DNA from: Cenarchaeum sp.
Lineage (GTDB): Archaea; Thermoproteota; Nitrososphaeria; Nitrososphaerales; Nitrosopumilaceae
NCBI GenBank assembly: GCA_963692915.1
Contig: OY843584.1
Span: 1,568,001-1,632,000 of the forward strand
Reading direction: 5' to 3'
Length of the DNA stretch: 64,000 nucleotides
A program made the position numbers and the translations under genes. Of the stretch, positions 62,044-64,000 are shown piece after piece; position 1 is the first letter of the stretch; each line of letters opens with the position of its first letter. The notes under the pieces were generated by a model, which worked only from the letters and a program-made list of their open reading frames with translations, was not told where the DNA came from and searched no databases.

Positions 62044-63093
62044 TTAGGGGTTTTGGAAACGCACATATGAATTGCCGTTTAGACGATTAATCTGCTCTTC
62101 ATACCAATATTGATCGCGTATGTATCCCATGTTTCTCCTACCATGGTCCCCATCCCTATACGTGTCTTGAGAATAATAGTATCGTATTCTCTGTTGAAGC
62201 TTTGAAATCATAAACCCCGCCTCAAATATCCATTTTTTCACCATGTCTTTCTTTTGGTAATACGTCGGCGTAAATTCAGATGGGTATCGGGCGTCTTCAT
62301 GAACATATAGCGCATAGTACCTCCATGTCCACACGTCATCTAGAAAATCATACATTGTTTTTACCTTGCGAATTTCCCATGTTGACAAGAGGTCTTCTAT
62401 GTTGTCTTTAAACTCCACCTCACTCCAACTAATTGCTGATCTGTAATTGCGCATGGGTCCCAATATTTCACTTGGCTGAAATTGCAAAGGACGTAGTTGT
62501 TTGCATATGTACTCGTAATAGCGTTCAGGATCTAGCGTTTCATGTATATTTGCCAACTCTGTCCACACATCCATGCCAATTCCGTTTGCAATCAAACTCG
62601 GTGTTTCTTTGATGTATTCCAACACTGCGGACTTTGCTGGGTTTACACATATGCCTAATGTGATATTTTTCAGTTCATTCCGGTGCTCATCCCTGTTTAG
62701 CAATCTGTTAAACTGCCTTCCTAATTTGTTTGTAAAAATATCGTGCCTGTAATCTTTGGGATTGAAACTATCATCAAATGCAGCATAATATACCATGATG
62801 GCCTTGATCTCCTTTTCCATCGCCTGCTGGGCATGATACATTGCAATTGCCGGACTCTTGTCCACTATTCTAGCTGCCTGCTCTATATCATAATTGGAAT
62901 ATTGTTCCCAAACACAATGCCACCCCCATGCGTGATGTAGCCTCTTTATGATCTCTGCCTTGAATTCCCTAGTTTTCATATTGCGCATACTTGCTAATGA
63001 TTTATCATCTGCAACCCCGCCCTTCTCGCTCTCCCTGCCGTGATCTCTCACGTTGCCATCTGGACCATCCCTCTGCCACTCCCCTTCTTCCAC
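62044..63093 (-). CDS. HEPN-domain protein
   Basis: AMYHAQQAMEKEIKA..HD....HEDARYP. Confidence 0.8.
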   Translation of the reverse strand: MEEGEWQRDGPDGNVRDHGRESEKGGVADDKSLASMRNMKTREFKAEIIKRLHHAWGWHCVWEQYSNYDIEQAARIVDKSPAIAMYHAQQAMEKEIKAIMVYYAAFDDSFNPKDYRHDIFTNKLGRQFNRLLNRDEHRNELKNITLGICVNPAKSAVLEYIKETPSLIANGIGMDVWTELANIHETLDPERYYEYICKQLRPLQFQPSEILGPMRNYRSAISWSEVEFKDNIEDLLSTWEIRKVKTMYDFLDDVWTWRYYALYVHEDARYPSEFTPTYYQKKDMVKKWIFEAGFMISKLQQRIRYYYSQDTYRDGDHGRRNMGYIRDQYWYEEQINRLNGNSYVRFQNP

Positions 63094-63213
63094 CTTGCTC
63101 CATCTTGCGACTGTTTGATATTAACTATCCCTGTTCGGTAGTCGCTCATGCGCCTAACCGGAGCCTGCCGAAGACGGTCTTTGAGGCACGCGCACCAGTT
63201 TGACGCGATTCCG

Positions 63214-63261
63214 GTCGTGGCCAAGGAGCTCATATGTACGATCTAGTCGCTGACCCCATAT
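63214..63261 (+). mobile_element. degenerate IS66-derived end
   Basis: CGTGGCCAAGGAGCTCATATGTACGATCTAGTCGCTGACCCCATAT resembles the reverse complement of the 26571 end. Confidence 0.6.
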
Positions 63262-63380
63262 ACCATCAGGCGTCTGTCTCAACTAGCGTCATCACGCACG
63301 AGTCCCATATTGGCGTGTTGGTGCTGTGATCGGCCAACCGTGGGGAACCCCTAGTGTTCAATATGGGCAATAATTGCAGG

Positions 63381-63542
63381 CTATCGGCGAAGCCCTTCGC
63401 GCAGGATCGCAAGCCCCACCATCCAGGCAATGTCAGTCCAAGTCACGCTCCCCGGACCGTGCTGGATCACCTTGGCCCCAAGCATGATAGTCGAGCCGAT
63501 AGCCGCACCATCCACAATGTCGCGCGCGTCGTCCTTGTTCAC
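63381..63542 (-). CDS. 53-aa hydrophobic microprotein, copy 3
   Basis: (M)NKDDARDIVDGAAIGSTIMLGAKVIQHGPGSVTWTDIAWMVGLAILREGLRR; CCTTAAATTC promoter identical to copy 1. Confidence 0.75.
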   Translation of the reverse strand: MNKDDARDIVDGAAIGSTIMLGAKVIQHGPGSVTWTDIAWMVGLAILREGLRR

Positions 63543-63587
63543 GTGCAGCGTATGGTAAGGACAGAATTTAAGGGTTTTATAGGATGC

Positions 63588-63604
63588 GTATGGGGTCAGT
63601 ACCC
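63588..63604 (+). mobile_element. solo IS66-type TIR
   Basis: GTATGGGGTCAGTACCC. Confidence 0.6.
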
Positions 63605-63690
63605 GTGCCAGATCAAGGGGGGGGGGGGGGGCCGGCTCAGGCGACTGAGAGGATCGTCAAGTTAATAAATAACGTAGTAAAAGGAGGCGT

Positions 63691-64000
63691 GTGGCCTGGA
63701 TTAGAGTCGTAGGCAGTAGGTGGGTCTATGTTGAAAGTAGTGTCAAAGATACGACACTGTTGGCAGACATGGATCCCGACTGGCAAGATGGGCAGAAAGC
63801 ATATGGCCAGAACCGGTTGCCCAGAGGCATCCGATTTGAGCCACCACTACAGCGCACACATGATGAAACCATAAAACGTCCCAGAGATGCCCAAGGCACA
63901 TGGAATGCGGCAAATCCAAATAATGAGAGAACGGCGGATCAGCTATATCTAGCAAACATGGCATACGCCTTGTCAAAATATGGGGAGAGGTCGCCTGTAG
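63691..64000 (+). CDS. 5' part of a paralog of the capsid-like gene 8221-9456 (runs off the window)
   Basis: Translated by hand: MAWIRVVGSRWVY..DTTLLADMDP..IRFEPPL..ETIKRP....WNAANPNNE..LANMA...ERSPV; TAATAAATA upstream. Confidence 0.75.
   Translation, partial: MAWIRVVGSRWVYVESSVKDTTLLADMDPDWQDGQKAYGQNRLPRGIRFEPPLQRTHDETIKRPRDAQGTWNAANPNNERTADQLYLANMAYALSKYGERSPV

Noticed and set aside
9506-63604. Dispersed GTATGAGGTCAGCACC repeats as integron attC sites, REP/tyrosine-transposase (GGGGTCAG-type) repeats or CRISPR repeats
   Set aside because: Two copies have 8-bp TSDs and three are contiguous with decayed IS66 transposase sequence (PTN..A...LR..V.RRKVS). There is no regular spacer periodicity, GTTRRRY attC structure, integrase, HUH transposase or cas gene, and the cassettes have their own promoters.
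8221-64000. An integrated provirus explaining the capsid-like genes
   Set aside because: The genes are scattered in both orientations among defence cassettes, and no terminase, portal, tail, integrase or att repeats were recognised. A provirus outside the window cannot be excluded.

Overview
This is an accessory, defence-island-like region from an archaeon, most likely a Nitrososphaerota/Nitrosopumilaceae member and possibly a symbiont lineage. The basis is TATA boxes ~25-30 nt before most start codons, a thaumarchaeal-type YIDRYNNEPSYKQWFD repeat protein and a strong TPR expansion. It has no housekeeping genes, rRNA, tRNA, CRISPR array, integrase or phage packaging genes. It is a mosaic of short, self-promoted gene cassettes from about a dozen recurring paralog families: TPR proteins with or without a membrane anchor, HEPN proteins, PD-(D/E)xK nucleases, YwgA/Panacea-like proteins, 'NPNN' peptides and a 53-aa membrane microprotein. 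Single-copy defence-type genes include SIR2, OLD ATPase-TOPRIM with KTSC, AbiJ-like, DUF3800 and a truncated GmrSD. Cassettes are punctuated by 13 IS66-derived MITEs, ends or transposase remnants (TIR GTATGAGGTCAGCACC, 8-bp TSD visible twice), one intact IS481 plus derivatives, and an IS630 remnant. The most striking feature is five stand-alone genes whose products resemble HK97-fold major capsid/encapsulin shell proteins, with no other virion genes; one is coupled to a predicted HEPN-like RNase. All family assignments come from motif recognition by eye, not database searches.
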